Part shown: positions 1 through 9,310 of the stretch, one piece after another
Numbering within the stretch: position 1 is the stretch's first letter
How the letters are laid out: the number at the start of each line of letters is the position of its first letter
From: an uncultured Candidatus Bathyarchaeia archaeon
Lineage (GTDB): Archaea; Thermoproteota; Bathyarchaeia; Bathyarchaeales; DTEX01
Assembly (NCBI GenBank): GCA_964465575.1
Contig: CAYXIF010000003.1
Coordinates: 52,296-111,589 of the forward strand
Reading direction: 5' to 3'
DNA: 59,294 bases
Notes under the pieces: model-generated
The model's input: only the letters and a program-made list of their open reading frames with translations
Database searches by the model: none
What the model was told of the DNA's origin: nothing
Position numbers and translations under genes: made by a program

Positions 1-768
1 TAGTCCCGCAACCTGTTCGCGGTTTACTCTTATGTCCCTACTTGCCACTGGCTTCTCAGCTACTACAGGTTCTGCCGTGCCCACTTGGATGCTTTCGAGT
101 TTCCATCCCAACCCATCCGCCAACATAGCGATGGACTGTTCAAGACCCACATGACCAGTGATGAGCTTGCCGGCAATACTCTGTCTGAACTCCTCCACCG
201 AGAGTCCAGCTCCGATCTTCTTCTGGAAGGGCAGTCTGCGTTTGGCTGCGTCCATGACCCTTTCAACCTTGATATGCTTGATCTCCTGGCATATGCCGCT
301 TAGCGTAAGCGGCAAGGTGTCCATGACGAAGCCTGGGTTTATGCCAGTTCCCAACACCGTGACGCCGTGGTTCTTTGCCTCCTTATCAAGTTCCATGGCC
401 AAGGCGGGGTCAGAAATGTAGGCGTAAGCGAGCTCCTCGCATGTTGAGACAACGTTTAGGCCGTTCTGAACCAACTTCATCAGTTGCGGATAGACTTCCT
501 TGAGGAAGGAGGATGTTGCGTGAACAGCGATGTCGGCTTTTACCTCCCGCAGCAATCCGTCAGGGTCATCTCTGACTTTGACTCCAAGCCGTTCTTCGGC
601 TCCGATCACGTCGCCTAGGTCTTTTCCAGCTTTGTCAGGAGCAGCGTCGACAACGCCAACTATTCTTACTCCTTTCCTGGTGAGGAGCAGCCTTGCTATG
701 CTACTGCCTATGGAGCCTACACCGTAGAAGATCACCCTCAATTCCAGAGCTTCAGTGGCTCGTTTCAT
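1..768 (-). CDS. NAD(P)-dependent amine dehydrogenase / 2,4-diaminopentanoate dehydrogenase (Ord)-like protein, DapB_N fold; 3' end cut off by window edge
   Basis: Not in ORF track. Manual translation from ATG 768: MKRATEALELRVIFYGVGSIGSSIARLL...VVSTCEELAY...VLGTGINPGFVMDTLPL...GHVGL, open to base 1. Confidence 0.75.
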   Translation of the reverse strand, partial: MKRATEALELRVIFYGVGSIGSSIARLLLTRKGVRIVGVVDAAPDKAGKDLGDVIGAEERLGVKVRDDPDGLLREVKADIAVHATSSFLKEVYPQLMKLVQNGLNVVSTCEELAYAYISDPALAMELDKEAKNHGVTVLGTGINPGFVMDTLPLTLSGICQEIKHIKVERVMDAAKRRLPFQKKIGAGLSVEEFRQSIAGKLITGHVGLEQSIAMLADGLGWKLESIQVGTAEPVVAEKPVASRDIRVNREQVAGL

Positions 769-859
769 TCAGTTCACCTCTGTCTTGTCCTTCCGAGTTT
801 ATACCCAAGAAACGTTTTAAGCCTTTCACAATATATCTCGAAGACGGTTGATAGGTCAA

Positions 860-1900
860 ATGGAGGTTGAGGTTTTGCAGAAGATTGGAATGGGTCTGGT
901 TGGTGCCGGCTTCTTGTCGGACATGTACGTCAGATGCTACAATGAGAACCCTAATATCGAGCTCGTGGCGGTGTCTTCACAGACTGCGGCGCACGCCAAG
1001 GGCTTTGCAGAGAGGTACAGGTTGAAGGCTTGGTATACCGATTACGAGAGAATGTTCGAGCGGGATGATGTAGATGCAGTGAACGTCTGCGTGCCCAACT
1101 ACGTTCACGCCGCAGTCACGGTCTCTGCTGCGGAACATGGGAAGCATGTGCTCTGTACGAAGCCTCTTGCAATCTCTATGGAGCAAGCGGACAAGATGGT
1201 CGAGGCTTGCGGCAAAGCAGGCGTCAAACTCCTTTACGGCGAGAACTGGCTTTACACTCCAGCGGCCGAACGGATGTACGACATCATCAAAGAAGGGGCA
1301 TTGGGCAGAATCTTGGCCATTGAAGCCCGCGAACAGCACGGCGGAACCCATTCGCGCTATGCGACGAAGAAGGAGTACTGCGGAGGAGGCGTTCTAATCC
1401 ACATGGCGGTTCACCCAATCGGCCTGATCATGCACTTGATGAACAGCCCTGTCGAACGGGTCTACGCCGAGTTGGGGAACCTTCTTCACAACCTTGAGGC
1501 TGAGGACTACGTTGTGATGTTGATGCGGTTCAAGAACGGCGGCTCAGGCATAGCCCAGTCGAATTACGTCACGAAGGGCGGCATGCAAGATAGGACCGAA
1601 ATCTACGGTTCAGAAGGCATGGCGTTCATTGACCTAACCAACGCGAATCCAATACGAGTCTATAGCGATGTTGGGTATTCGTATGTTGTCGAGAAGGCGA
1701 CCATAAGCAGAGGATGGACCTCACCCGTCGTCGACGAGAAGGTTCAATACGGGTTCTGTAACATGCTAAGCGACTTCGTCAAATGCATCCAAGAAGACAA
1801 GGAACCTTTGTCAACTGGCAGATTCGGAAGAGATGTCCTGAAGGTAGTCTTCGCCGGATACGAATCAAGCAAGAAGATGTCGGCCGTCCTGCTACGCTAG
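860..1900 (+). CDS. Gfo/Idh/MocA family oxidoreductase
   Basis: GLVGAGF Rossmann motif, VCVPNYVH, KHVLCTKPL, GGVLIHMAVH. ATG 860 preferred over TTG 848. Confidence 0.9.
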   Translation: MEVEVLQKIGMGLVGAGFLSDMYVRCYNENPNIELVAVSSQTAAHAKGFAERYRLKAWYTDYERMFERDDVDAVNVCVPNYVHAAVTVSAAEHGKHVLCTKPLAISMEQADKMVEACGKAGVKLLYGENWLYTPAAERMYDIIKEGALGRILAIEAREQHGGTHSRYATKKEYCGGGVLIHMAVHPIGLIMHLMNSPVERVYAELGNLLHNLEAEDYVVMLMRFKNGGSGIAQSNYVTKGGMQDRTEIYGSEGMAFIDLTNANPIRVYSDVGYSYVVEKATISRGWTSPVVDEKVQYGFCNMLSDFVKCIQEDKEPLSTGRFGRDVLKVVFAGYESSKKMSAVLLR

Positions 1901-1911
1901 CGTATTGAGGG

Positions 1912-2730
1912 CTAGAAGCGTCTGGTCACGTAGTCGATCATAGATTCGAAGATGAGCTTTCCGTCGCCATGGGTCGGCGGCTGTCCCGTTGTTGTCCAGT
2001 CCGGCAGTTGCCACCCGTAGCACGCCCTCTCTGGATGGGGCATCAGCCCGAAAACGGTTCCACTGGGGTTGGAGATGCCGGCTATGTCGTAGAAGGAACC
2101 GTTCGGGTTAGCTGGATACTCGCCCTCAGCATATTGTCCGGTCTCGTCGCAGTACCTGAACACAAGCTGATCATTGTCGATCAGTTTCTGCAAGTAGTCT
2201 TGTTCCTTCTCTTTCGGGAAAATGAACCTTCCTTCGCTATGTGCAATAGGCATCTTGACGACCTTCCCTTTCGGAATCTTCCCTGTAAGGACGCACCTGC
2301 CCCTGTTCTCGTGTTTAATGTCGGTCCACCGGCAGCGAAAGCCTATGGGAAAGTTGGTCGCCAAAGCTGCCGCTGGATACTGGGACATGCCATTGAATCC
2401 GGGCAATAGACCAGCCTCAACCAGAATCTGGAAGCCGTTGCAGATGCCCAAGATAGGCTTCTCCTTATTGACGAATGCCTTCAGGTCTTTGCCGAGTTTG
2501 GCTAGGAACCCTTTCGCCAATATAGCTCCTGCCCTGACGTAGTCGCCATAAGAGAAGCCGCCCGGAAAAACTAGGGCATCATACTCCTGCAAGGGTTGCT
2601 TTCTGGCAAGTGCGTTCACGTGGACTACGCTTGCTTTGGCGCCCAAGTCTTCGATTGACCTCTTTGTTTCGGCGTCGCAGTTCGTCCCGCCTGCTCTGAC
2701 TACGCAGACCTTAATGTCTGTTCTCTTCAT
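1912..2730 (-). CDS. purQ: Phosphoribosylformylglycinamidine synthase subunit PurQ
   Basis: GTNCD, PGGFSYGDY, GICNGFQ, AHSEG, GLMPHPER motifs. Confidence 0.97.
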   Translation of the reverse strand: MKRTDIKVCVVRAGGTNCDAETKRSIEDLGAKASVVHVNALARKQPLQEYDALVFPGGFSYGDYVRAGAILAKGFLAKLGKDLKAFVNKEKPILGICNGFQILVEAGLLPGFNGMSQYPAAALATNFPIGFRCRWTDIKHENRGRCVLTGKIPKGKVVKMPIAHSEGRFIFPKEKEQDYLQKLIDNDQLVFRYCDETGQYAEGEYPANPNGSFYDIAGISNPSGTVFGLMPHPERACYGWQLPDWTTTGQPPTHGDGKLIFESMIDYVTRRF

Positions 2731-2734
2731 CTTT

Positions 2735-5119
2735 TCACGCCTTGAAGGTCTTCTTCCAAGCCTGCATCAGCTCCTCTAGGCTTGCCTCGACAACCTTTCC
2801 CTTGTTCGCTAGACCGTAAATGGAGAAGATTGGGTCCTTTCTGACCCTGCCAATTATCGAGTAGACGGCGTTCTTCATGATCTCATCGAAATCTCCCTTC
2901 GCTTTCGGGGGGATTTCAACCAAGAACCGGCTGTTTGACTCCGAGTACAACGCATGATCGTTCCTAGAGACATCTTCAGATCTTCTTACTCTACTCAGCC
3001 AGATGTCCATCCCGTAGCCGCCTGAGAAAGCCATTTCAGCAGCTGCGACGGCTATTCCCCCCTCCGAAGTGTCATGGCATGCACGTATCAACCCTGAATC
3101 TATAGCACGTGTTAAGGCGTTTACTGTGGATTTTGCCTCTTGGAGTCTGACTTGCGGAACCGACCTGCCGACGAAACCTTTGAGCTTGTAGTATTCCGAG
3201 CCACCGAGCTCATTGTATGTTCTTCCCACAGCGTAGAGCAGGTCTCCAGACGCCTTTGCATCCATCGTTACTGCTTTTCTTATGTCGGGGGTTAACCCGA
3301 TGGCCGTGACGAGTAGCGTTGGTGTCACAGGACCTATAGGGGACTCGTTGTACAAGCTGTCTTTTCCTGAGATAAATGGCGTCCCAAAACCCTTAGCGAG
3401 ATGGTAGCAAGCCTCACACGCTCTCACGAGCCCGCCGAGTCTGTCTGGTTTCTCGGGGCTACCCCATGAGAAGTTGTCGAGCAAGGCTATTCGTCGCCCG
3501 CTCACGGCTACGTTGTTTCGTATGGCTTCGTCAATCGCGGATGCCGTCATCCAGTACGGGTCGATCTTTCCATACTCGGTGTTCATTCCACAGGAGATCA
3601 CAAGCCCCTTCCATGAGTCGTCTAAGGGTTTGATGACCGCAGCGTCCCCTGGTCCGTCATGCTTTCCACATAGAGGCTTCAGCACAGTGTTGCCCTTGAC
3701 TTCGTGGTCATAGGTCCTGATTATGGCTTCCTTGCTCGCGACATTGGGAGATGCTAGAATACTCAATAGATCATCTGTCAGGTCTTTGGGCTCCTGAAAG
3801 CCAGGCTCAGGAAATAACGGTTCTTTCCATTCGGCGAACCTTCGAACCTTCGGTGGATCGAAGAGGAAGTTCATGTCAAGCTCGGCGGCTGTGTAGCCAT
3901 TGTAGCGGAGTCTCAGAGTATCTTCTTTTGTTAGCCTCCCAATCGCAGTGGCTTCAACACCTTCGGACTCGAATGTCTCTATGACCTTCTTCAAGTTCTC
4001 TGCGGGAACAGTGATCAACATCCTCTCTTGGGACTCAGAGATGTAGATTTCCCAAGGAGGTATGTTCGGATATTTCAGGGGCACCTCTTCCAGATCCACG
4101 ACGACCCCGCAGTCGAATCTATGAGCTGTTTCGCCAACAGCACTTGACAGTCCGCCCCCACCAAGATCAGTGATGGAAGAAGCCAGTTCTAGATCGCGTA
4201 TTGTTATGATTGCCCGTTTGAGTTTCTCTTCCTCGATTGGGTTCGCGATCTGGACGGCAGGTCTGGAAACCTCCTCAGACTTCTCGGTGAGCTCCAGTGA
4301 CGCGAACGTGACGCCGTGGATTCCGTCCCTTCCTGTTCTTCCTCCTGCCAGAACCAGGTGTTGACCTGGCTTCGCATTCTTGATGTATTTCCCTGTTGGA
4401 AGAATTCCTACGCATCCGCAGTAGACGATGACATTTCCTGTGTAGCTCTCGTCAAAGTATATGGCACCGTTGACTGTTGGGATGCCCATGTTGTTCCCGT
4501 AGGCTCCGATGCCTGCCACGACACCTCGGAAAACATGTTTGGGATGCTTGACGCCTTGCGGAAGCTTGCTGAAATCGTAGTCTAGAGGTCCGAAGCCCAG
4601 AACGTCTGTGCAAGCGATCGGGTCAGCCCAGACGCCAAGTATGTCACGGATCACGCCGCCAGTACCGGTTGCGGCTCCTCCGAACGGCTCTATCGCTGAC
4701 GGATGGTTGTGGGTCTCAACCTTGGCGGCGATGGCCGTTTCACCTTCAAACTCGACTATGCCAGCGTTATCCTCAAAGACTGAAAGGCACCAGGGCTTGT
4801 TCAGCTCTTTCGTGGCCTTTATGATGTAGGTCTTGAGAAGAGAGTTGATTTCCTTTCCCTCAGCGGTGACAACTGTCCCCTTGAAGGTCTTGTGGAAACA
4901 GTGCTCAGACCATGTCTGACCTATAGTTTGGAGTTCAACATCGGTCGGCTTTCTGCGTGCTCTTGCGAAGTGTCTTCGGATGGCTTTCATCTCGTCAAGG
5001 TTTAGAGCAAGACCAAGTTCATCGCTTATCTTCAGAAGCTGCTTGTCATCTGCCTTCTGGAGGTCTATTTCGTAAAGCTCAAACGGGACGTTCCTCTTGA
5101 CGTAGGTTGAGCCACTCAT
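2735..5119 (-). CDS. purL: Phosphoribosylformylglycinamidine synthase subunit PurL
   Basis: WSEHCFHKTF, KVETHNHPSAIEPFGGAATG, GRTGRDGIHG, DLGGGGL, SESQERM, SGKDSLYN. ATG 5119 overlaps the purS stop. Confidence 0.97.
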   Translation of the reverse strand: MSGSTYVKRNVPFELYEIDLQKADDKQLLKISDELGLALNLDEMKAIRRHFARARRKPTDVELQTIGQTWSEHCFHKTFKGTVVTAEGKEINSLLKTYIIKATKELNKPWCLSVFEDNAGIVEFEGETAIAAKVETHNHPSAIEPFGGAATGTGGVIRDILGVWADPIACTDVLGFGPLDYDFSKLPQGVKHPKHVFRGVVAGIGAYGNNMGIPTVNGAIYFDESYTGNVIVYCGCVGILPTGKYIKNAKPGQHLVLAGGRTGRDGIHGVTFASLELTEKSEEVSRPAVQIANPIEEEKLKRAIITIRDLELASSITDLGGGGLSSAVGETAHRFDCGVVVDLEEVPLKYPNIPPWEIYISESQERMLITVPAENLKKVIETFESEGVEATAIGRLTKEDTLRLRYNGYTAAELDMNFLFDPPKVRRFAEWKEPLFPEPGFQEPKDLTDDLLSILASPNVASKEAIIRTYDHEVKGNTVLKPLCGKHDGPGDAAVIKPLDDSWKGLVISCGMNTEYGKIDPYWMTASAIDEAIRNNVAVSGRRIALLDNFSWGSPEKPDRLGGLVRACEACYHLAKGFGTPFISGKDSLYNESPIGPVTPTLLVTAIGLTPDIRKAVTMDAKASGDLLYAVGRTYNELGGSEYYKLKGFVGRSVPQVRLQEAKSTVNALTRAIDSGLIRACHDTSEGGIAVAAAEMAFSGGYGMDIWLSRVRRSEDVSRNDHALYSESNSRFLVEIPPKAKGDFDEIMKNAVYSIIGRVRKDPIFSIYGLANKGKVVEASLEELMQAWKKTFKA

Positions 5120-5367
5120 TTGGCTTCCTCTATCTGAACGGCGTAGTTGTCTTTGACTGGGTTTGCGAGAAGCCTCCTGCACATGTCCTCAACTTGCCTT
5201 TCTGCGTCAGCGAGCGATGAAGCCTCCAAAAGCGCTTCGTAGACCTTGCTTACTTTGACGGAGTCTACGCGATAGTTAAGTTCTGCAAGGGACTCCCTTG
5301 TGGTCTCCCCTTCTGGATCGGAGTGACCGGGCTTAAGACCAACCTCAACTCTGGCCACAAATCGCAT
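5116..5367 (-). CDS. purS: Phosphoribosylformylglycinamidine synthase subunit PurS
   Basis: LKPGHSDPEG and LLANPV motifs, 83 aa, directly upstream of purL. Confidence 0.95.
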   Translation of the reverse strand: MRFVARVEVGLKPGHSDPEGETTRESLAELNYRVDSVKVSKVYEALLEASSLADAERQVEDMCRRLLANPVKDNYAVQIEEAK

Positions 5368-5471
5368 GAAGACCAAAAAGTGCTACCGTTAATTAAATCT
5401 TGTTGACACAGAAAGGTTGTGAGATTCGAGGGCGCATCGACTGAGGCTGCAAATACTCGCTAAGATGGTTC

Positions 5472-6599
5472 TCAGCCCTTCTTGGACAGTCTCCTTATGA
5501 GGTTGCTGTAGGCTTCTCTGTTGATAGGAAAGGTTACTGGTTTCGCTTCGAACGAAGAGAGGATTATGGCGTTCACGATCTCTAGGGATGTTCTTCCGTC
5601 TTCGCCGTTGACTAGCGGCTCTCTATCTTCAAGTATCGCCCGAGCGAAGTCCTTCATGACGGCGCCGTGCCCTCCTCCCATTATCTCTTTGGGCTCCACA
5701 TCCAAGAACTGAGGAGCTGCAGGTTTGGGCCATGCCGCCTCTTCTGCGACCAATTCTTTGAGGTTTTTTCCTAGGATGGCGCGTTTGGTCTTGCCCCCTT
5801 CCGTCACGATCGTTCCCTTTTCGCCGCAGATCTCCAGCCTTTCTGTTCGGATTGGGTCTACGATGCCAAGCTGGATGATGCCGTGTGCGCCGTTCTCGAA
5901 CAGGACTGTCGCGCTGGCAATGTCCTCAACTTCCACGTTGTGGTACATCGTGCTTATCTGGCCTAGAAGTCTGGATGGTTTGCCGACGAACCATTGCAAC
6001 AGATCAAGCTCGTGAATTGTCTGGTTTATTAAAGCGCCGCCGCCTTCGGTTGCCCACTTTCCTCTCCAAGCATCCCTATTGTAGTAGGCTTGGGTTCTGA
6101 AGTTGCAGGCTTCCATGCAGACGCGGTATATGCGCCCGAGTTCGCCCGTGTCTATGAGCCGTTTGATCTCTAGGTTAGTCGCGTTCGTTCTGTACTGGAA
6201 GACTACGCCAAGCTTTGCATTCTTGCTTCTGGCTTTCTCCACCATGCCGTCAGCTTCCTTCACGGTTATGGCCATGGGTTTCTCGACTAGGACATGCTTA
6301 CCGGAGTGGAGAGCTTTGACAGCCATAGGCGCATGCAGAAAGTGTGGCGTGCAGATCGTAACAGCGTCAACGTCATTCAGCTCCAGCATCTTCTCGTAGT
6401 CCCTATACCATTCGACGCCGTATTGCGAACTCGTGGACTTGCCTACCCCTTCGTCAATATCAGCAACGGCTAGCAGTTGAGCCTCCTCAGTGGACGCTAT
6501 TGCCCTCAGATGAGTTTGACCTATCCCCTTGAGTCCCACTACGCCGAATCTCACTTTTCTCATGTCTTTTCCAGACTCCAGAACCTTTTCTGTTGTCAA
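5472..6599 (-). CDS. Gfo/Idh/MocA family oxidoreductase
   Basis: FGVVGLKGIG, ICTPHFLH, VLVEKPMA, GGGALINQTIHELD. Start may be ATG 6563. Confidence 0.92.
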   Translation of the reverse strand: MTTEKVLESGKDMRKVRFGVVGLKGIGQTHLRAIASTEEAQLLAVADIDEGVGKSTSSQYGVEWYRDYEKMLELNDVDAVTICTPHFLHAPMAVKALHSGKHVLVEKPMAITVKEADGMVEKARSKNAKLGVVFQYRTNATNLEIKRLIDTGELGRIYRVCMEACNFRTQAYYNRDAWRGKWATEGGGALINQTIHELDLLQWFVGKPSRLLGQISTMYHNVEVEDIASATVLFENGAHGIIQLGIVDPIRTERLEICGEKGTIVTEGGKTKRAILGKNLKELVAEEAAWPKPAAPQFLDVEPKEIMGGGHGAVMKDFARAILEDREPLVNGEDGRTSLEIVNAIILSSFEAKPVTFPINREAYSNLIRRLSKKG

Positions 6600-6601
6600 G
6601 T

Positions 6602-7621
6602 CTATTTCGGAGGGACCTTAATAGGTTTACCAGTGCTCATGGACTCGTTGGCTGCGAGGGTGACCTCAAGCGTTTTGAGCCCGTCAGAGTATGGACAGAG
6701 AATTCTCGACGAGTCTCTCAGCCTGACGGCGTCGATGAAGGCGTTGTCTTCAATCTCGAATATGTTCTGCTCTCCAGGAATCTCCTCAGGCTCCATCCCC
6801 TCCCTAAGTAGGCGAAGCGAGTGCTCCCAGCCAGTGAAGAGCGCCGTTGTCCCGCCTGCGTATATGCTTAGGCTGACTCCCCCTCCACCTCCGTTTGAAG
6901 AGCAGGAGGCCCAAAGGTTTCCGATGGCCCCGTTGGCAAACTTGAGGTTCACTACGCTGGCGTCTTCGATGTTGTAGTTGGGCGCCACACCTTTGTTGAA
7001 GCCCTTGGCCGGAAAAGCATGCACCTCTGCGACTTCGCCGCATAGGAAACGGGCCAGATCAACTGAGTGTGTAACCTGTTCGTGGAATTGTCCGCCACTT
7101 TTCGCTTTCTCAACCCACCAGCTGAAAATTGGAGCAGCGGTGGCAACTCGTGGTGTTCTGCCTATCCATCCGCCGAGCAGCAGAATCGGCGTATCCTCTT
7201 TTAGCAGGGCTCGTGCTCTCTGTATGCCTTTTCGGTAGCGGTTCATGTAACCAACGCTTGTCAACAGCCCTTTTTTCGCGACGGCTGATGCGATCTGCCT
7301 TGCTTGGCTCAAGTTGACGTTGACTGGTTTCTCTACGAAGAACGGCAAGCCCCGCTCTGCAGCTTCGAATTCAGCTCCGTGGGCGAAAGGTGGTAAGCAA
7401 ATGTAGACGGCGTCAAGCCGAGTTTCTCTAAACATCGTTTCAGCCTTATCGAACACTGCGGCTCCTTCTCCGCTGTATTCTCGGGCAACGGCTCTTGCGC
7501 GTTCCACGTTCACGTCACAGAAGGCTTCGAGTGTGATATCAGGGTTCCTGATGATGCCCTTTAGGTGGCTAACCGCAATGCCGCCGCAGCCAATAATCCC
7601 CAATCGAACCTTGTCGACCAT
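6602..7621 (-). CDS. Gfo/Idh/MocA family oxidoreductase
   Basis: LGIIGCGGIA, ICLPPFAH, FVEKPV, GGQFHEQVTHSVD. Start set at MVDKVRLG. Confidence 0.92.
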   Translation of the reverse strand: MVDKVRLGIIGCGGIAVSHLKGIIRNPDITLEAFCDVNVERARAVAREYSGEGAAVFDKAETMFRETRLDAVYICLPPFAHGAEFEAAERGLPFFVEKPVNVNLSQARQIASAVAKKGLLTSVGYMNRYRKGIQRARALLKEDTPILLLGGWIGRTPRVATAAPIFSWWVEKAKSGGQFHEQVTHSVDLARFLCGEVAEVHAFPAKGFNKGVAPNYNIEDASVVNLKFANGAIGNLWASCSSNGGGGGVSLSIYAGGTTALFTGWEHSLRLLREGMEPEEIPGEQNIFEIEDNAFIDAVRLRDSSRILCPYSDGLKTLEVTLAANESMSTGKPIKVPPK

Positions 7622-7641
7622 GTAAAGTCCCTCAATCCCTT

Positions 7642-8427
7642 CTAGAGAAGCTGCTTTAGATACGTTACGCACTCGGGCAAGGTCTTGTTTGGGTCTCCAG
7701 GAATCCCGCATTCAAGTGCCATGAAGTTCCTGTAGCCGGAATCCCTTAGGACTTTGAAGCCTGATCTAAAGTCAGTATGCCCGTACCTCGGCAATTGCCT
7801 ATTGCTGTCGGCGAGATGTATATGAACGATGTAGCCTCCGGCTTTCCTAAGGCTGGCCGGTATGTCTACTTCCTCGATGTTCATGTGGAAGAAGTCAGCC
7901 ATGAGCCTCACGTGCTCTCTCCTGACGGCATCGCATATCTCAATCGCCTGCTCAAGCGTGTTCAGAAGGTGGGTCTCATATCGGTTCAAGGGTTCAAGGA
8001 TCACGTAGGCGCCCACATCATCTGCGTACTTGCCAAGGATCCTGCATTCCTCAATAAGGATTCGTTTCTCGACTTTCTTGATGTCTGAGTACCATGGGTA
8101 CAGATCCGTTGTCTTTGGTCCTCCAAACAGCGGGACGGTGATGACTCCTACACCTCCTAAGTCAGCGGTTATTTTGAGCCTTTCCTTTACCGCTTCCATT
8201 GCCTCTTCCCTAGTTTTCCTGTCTGGGCCCAGAAGAGTGCCAGGCGATCCACAGACAGTAGAAAACTTGATCCTTGAAGTGCTTAACGCGGGCTTTATTT
8301 CCTCAAGTTTCTGAGTTATGACGCCGCCTCCAACTTCGACACCTTCAAACCCATACCGTTCCATGTTGGCAAGCTTCTCTGAAAGCGTGGTTCCGGGCAC
8401 AAGGTTCTCCTGAACAGCTAACTTCAA
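7642..8427 (-). CDS. Sugar phosphate isomerase/epimerase (xylose-isomerase-like TIM barrel)
   Basis: LEPLNRYE, DFFHMNIEE, HIHLADSNR...PRYGH, MALEC metal-site motifs. Confidence 0.9.
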   Translation of the reverse strand: MKLAVQENLVPGTTLSEKLANMERYGFEGVEVGGGVITQKLEEIKPALSTSRIKFSTVCGSPGTLLGPDRKTREEAMEAVKERLKITADLGGVGVITVPLFGGPKTTDLYPWYSDIKKVEKRILIEECRILGKYADDVGAYVILEPLNRYETHLLNTLEQAIEICDAVRREHVRLMADFFHMNIEEVDIPASLRKAGGYIVHIHLADSNRQLPRYGHTDFRSGFKVLRDSGYRNFMALECGIPGDPNKTLPECVTYLKQLL

Positions 8428-8540
8428 GCCTATTCCTCTTCTTTTTGGTGGCTAAGGGAAAGAACGTTCTTGAACGATTTAAGACTTGAGCCTTTACGTC
8501 AGAGTTTTCGATGCCTCACAAGAATGAGCTTTTCGCGAAG

Positions 8541-8999
8541 CTAAACGGGTTTCTCCATCCAGAGCCTAATGGTTTCAAACCACAGTATTCCTGAGGCCAA
8601 AGCTCCAAAGATCATGGCCACGATGTTGTGGATGCTTCCGCTTGGACCGTAAAGTACCAAGTAGACTAAAAGCATGGTCGTAAACCAGACAGAGTAGAAA
8701 AGGTACCTCGGGACCATGAAGCGACCTAGCCGCGTAAAAAACCGCAGAACGCCAACCTTAACCTCTCGGGCCAGGAAATATTCGCCCCTCATGTTCCTCT
8801 CGACTAAGCCAAGTGACAGTAGCTTGTCTAGGTGGTGGGCGGCAACGCTTGGGCTGGACAAGCCGAGGGCACGTTGAATCTCACGTACGCCGACGGGAGT
8901 GGTCTGGGCTTTGAGCATAAACCAGTATACGATGAGGGTCTTCCCTCTCAACTGGGATTCAATGACGGCCAAGGAGGCGTCGCCCATCCGAACCGCCAA
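8541..8999 (-). CDS. Winged-HTH protein with two C-terminal transmembrane helices
   Basis: PVGVREIQRALGLSSPSVAAHHLDKLLSLGLVER followed by two hydrophobic segments. Confidence 0.75.
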   Translation of the reverse strand: MAVRMGDASLAVIESQLRGKTLIVYWFMLKAQTTPVGVREIQRALGLSSPSVAAHHLDKLLSLGLVERNMRGEYFLAREVKVGVLRFFTRLGRFMVPRYLFYSVWFTTMLLVYLVLYGPSGSIHNIVAMIFGALASGILWFETIRLWMEKPV

Positions 9000-9064
9000 C
9001 CCAATATAGACGATTGCATATTAAAGGCTAACACTCGACTACTTAGACACTCTCGGAGAAACTC

Positions 9065-9070
9065 TTAAAT
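9065..9070 (+). promoter_or_regulatory. Probable TATA box of tRNA-His
   Basis: TTAAAT about 30 nt upstream of G-1. Confidence 0.5.
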
Positions 9071-9097
9071 CAAACACTCCGGAAAAGAGTGAACCGT

Positions 9098-9196
9098 GGC
9101 CGCTGTAACGTAGAGGAAAATGCCGATGGCCCGCGGAACCTGGTAGCGTACAGGCCTGTGGAGCCTGGAGGTCGGGTTCAAATCCCGGCGGCGGCC
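9098..9196 (+). tRNA. tRNA-His: tRNA-His(GUG) with encoded G-1 and a 25-nt intron at position 15/16 (9114-9138)
   Basis: Acceptor GCCGCTG/CGGCGGC, G-1:C73, D stem ACGT/GCGT, anticodon arm CAGGC-CTGTGGA-GCCTG, T loop TTCAAAT. Removing 9114-9138 restores the D loop AGCCTGGTA. Confidence 0.9.
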
Positions 9197-9310
9197 TCCA
9201 TGCCTAAGGTTTGCCCTACGGCAGACATTAGGGCATCTGGAAGGCGAAGTGAAAGCTTTCAGTTCTTTCAGTTCAAGTCTTTGTGGCGACATGAGAGCTT
9301 GAGATGACTT

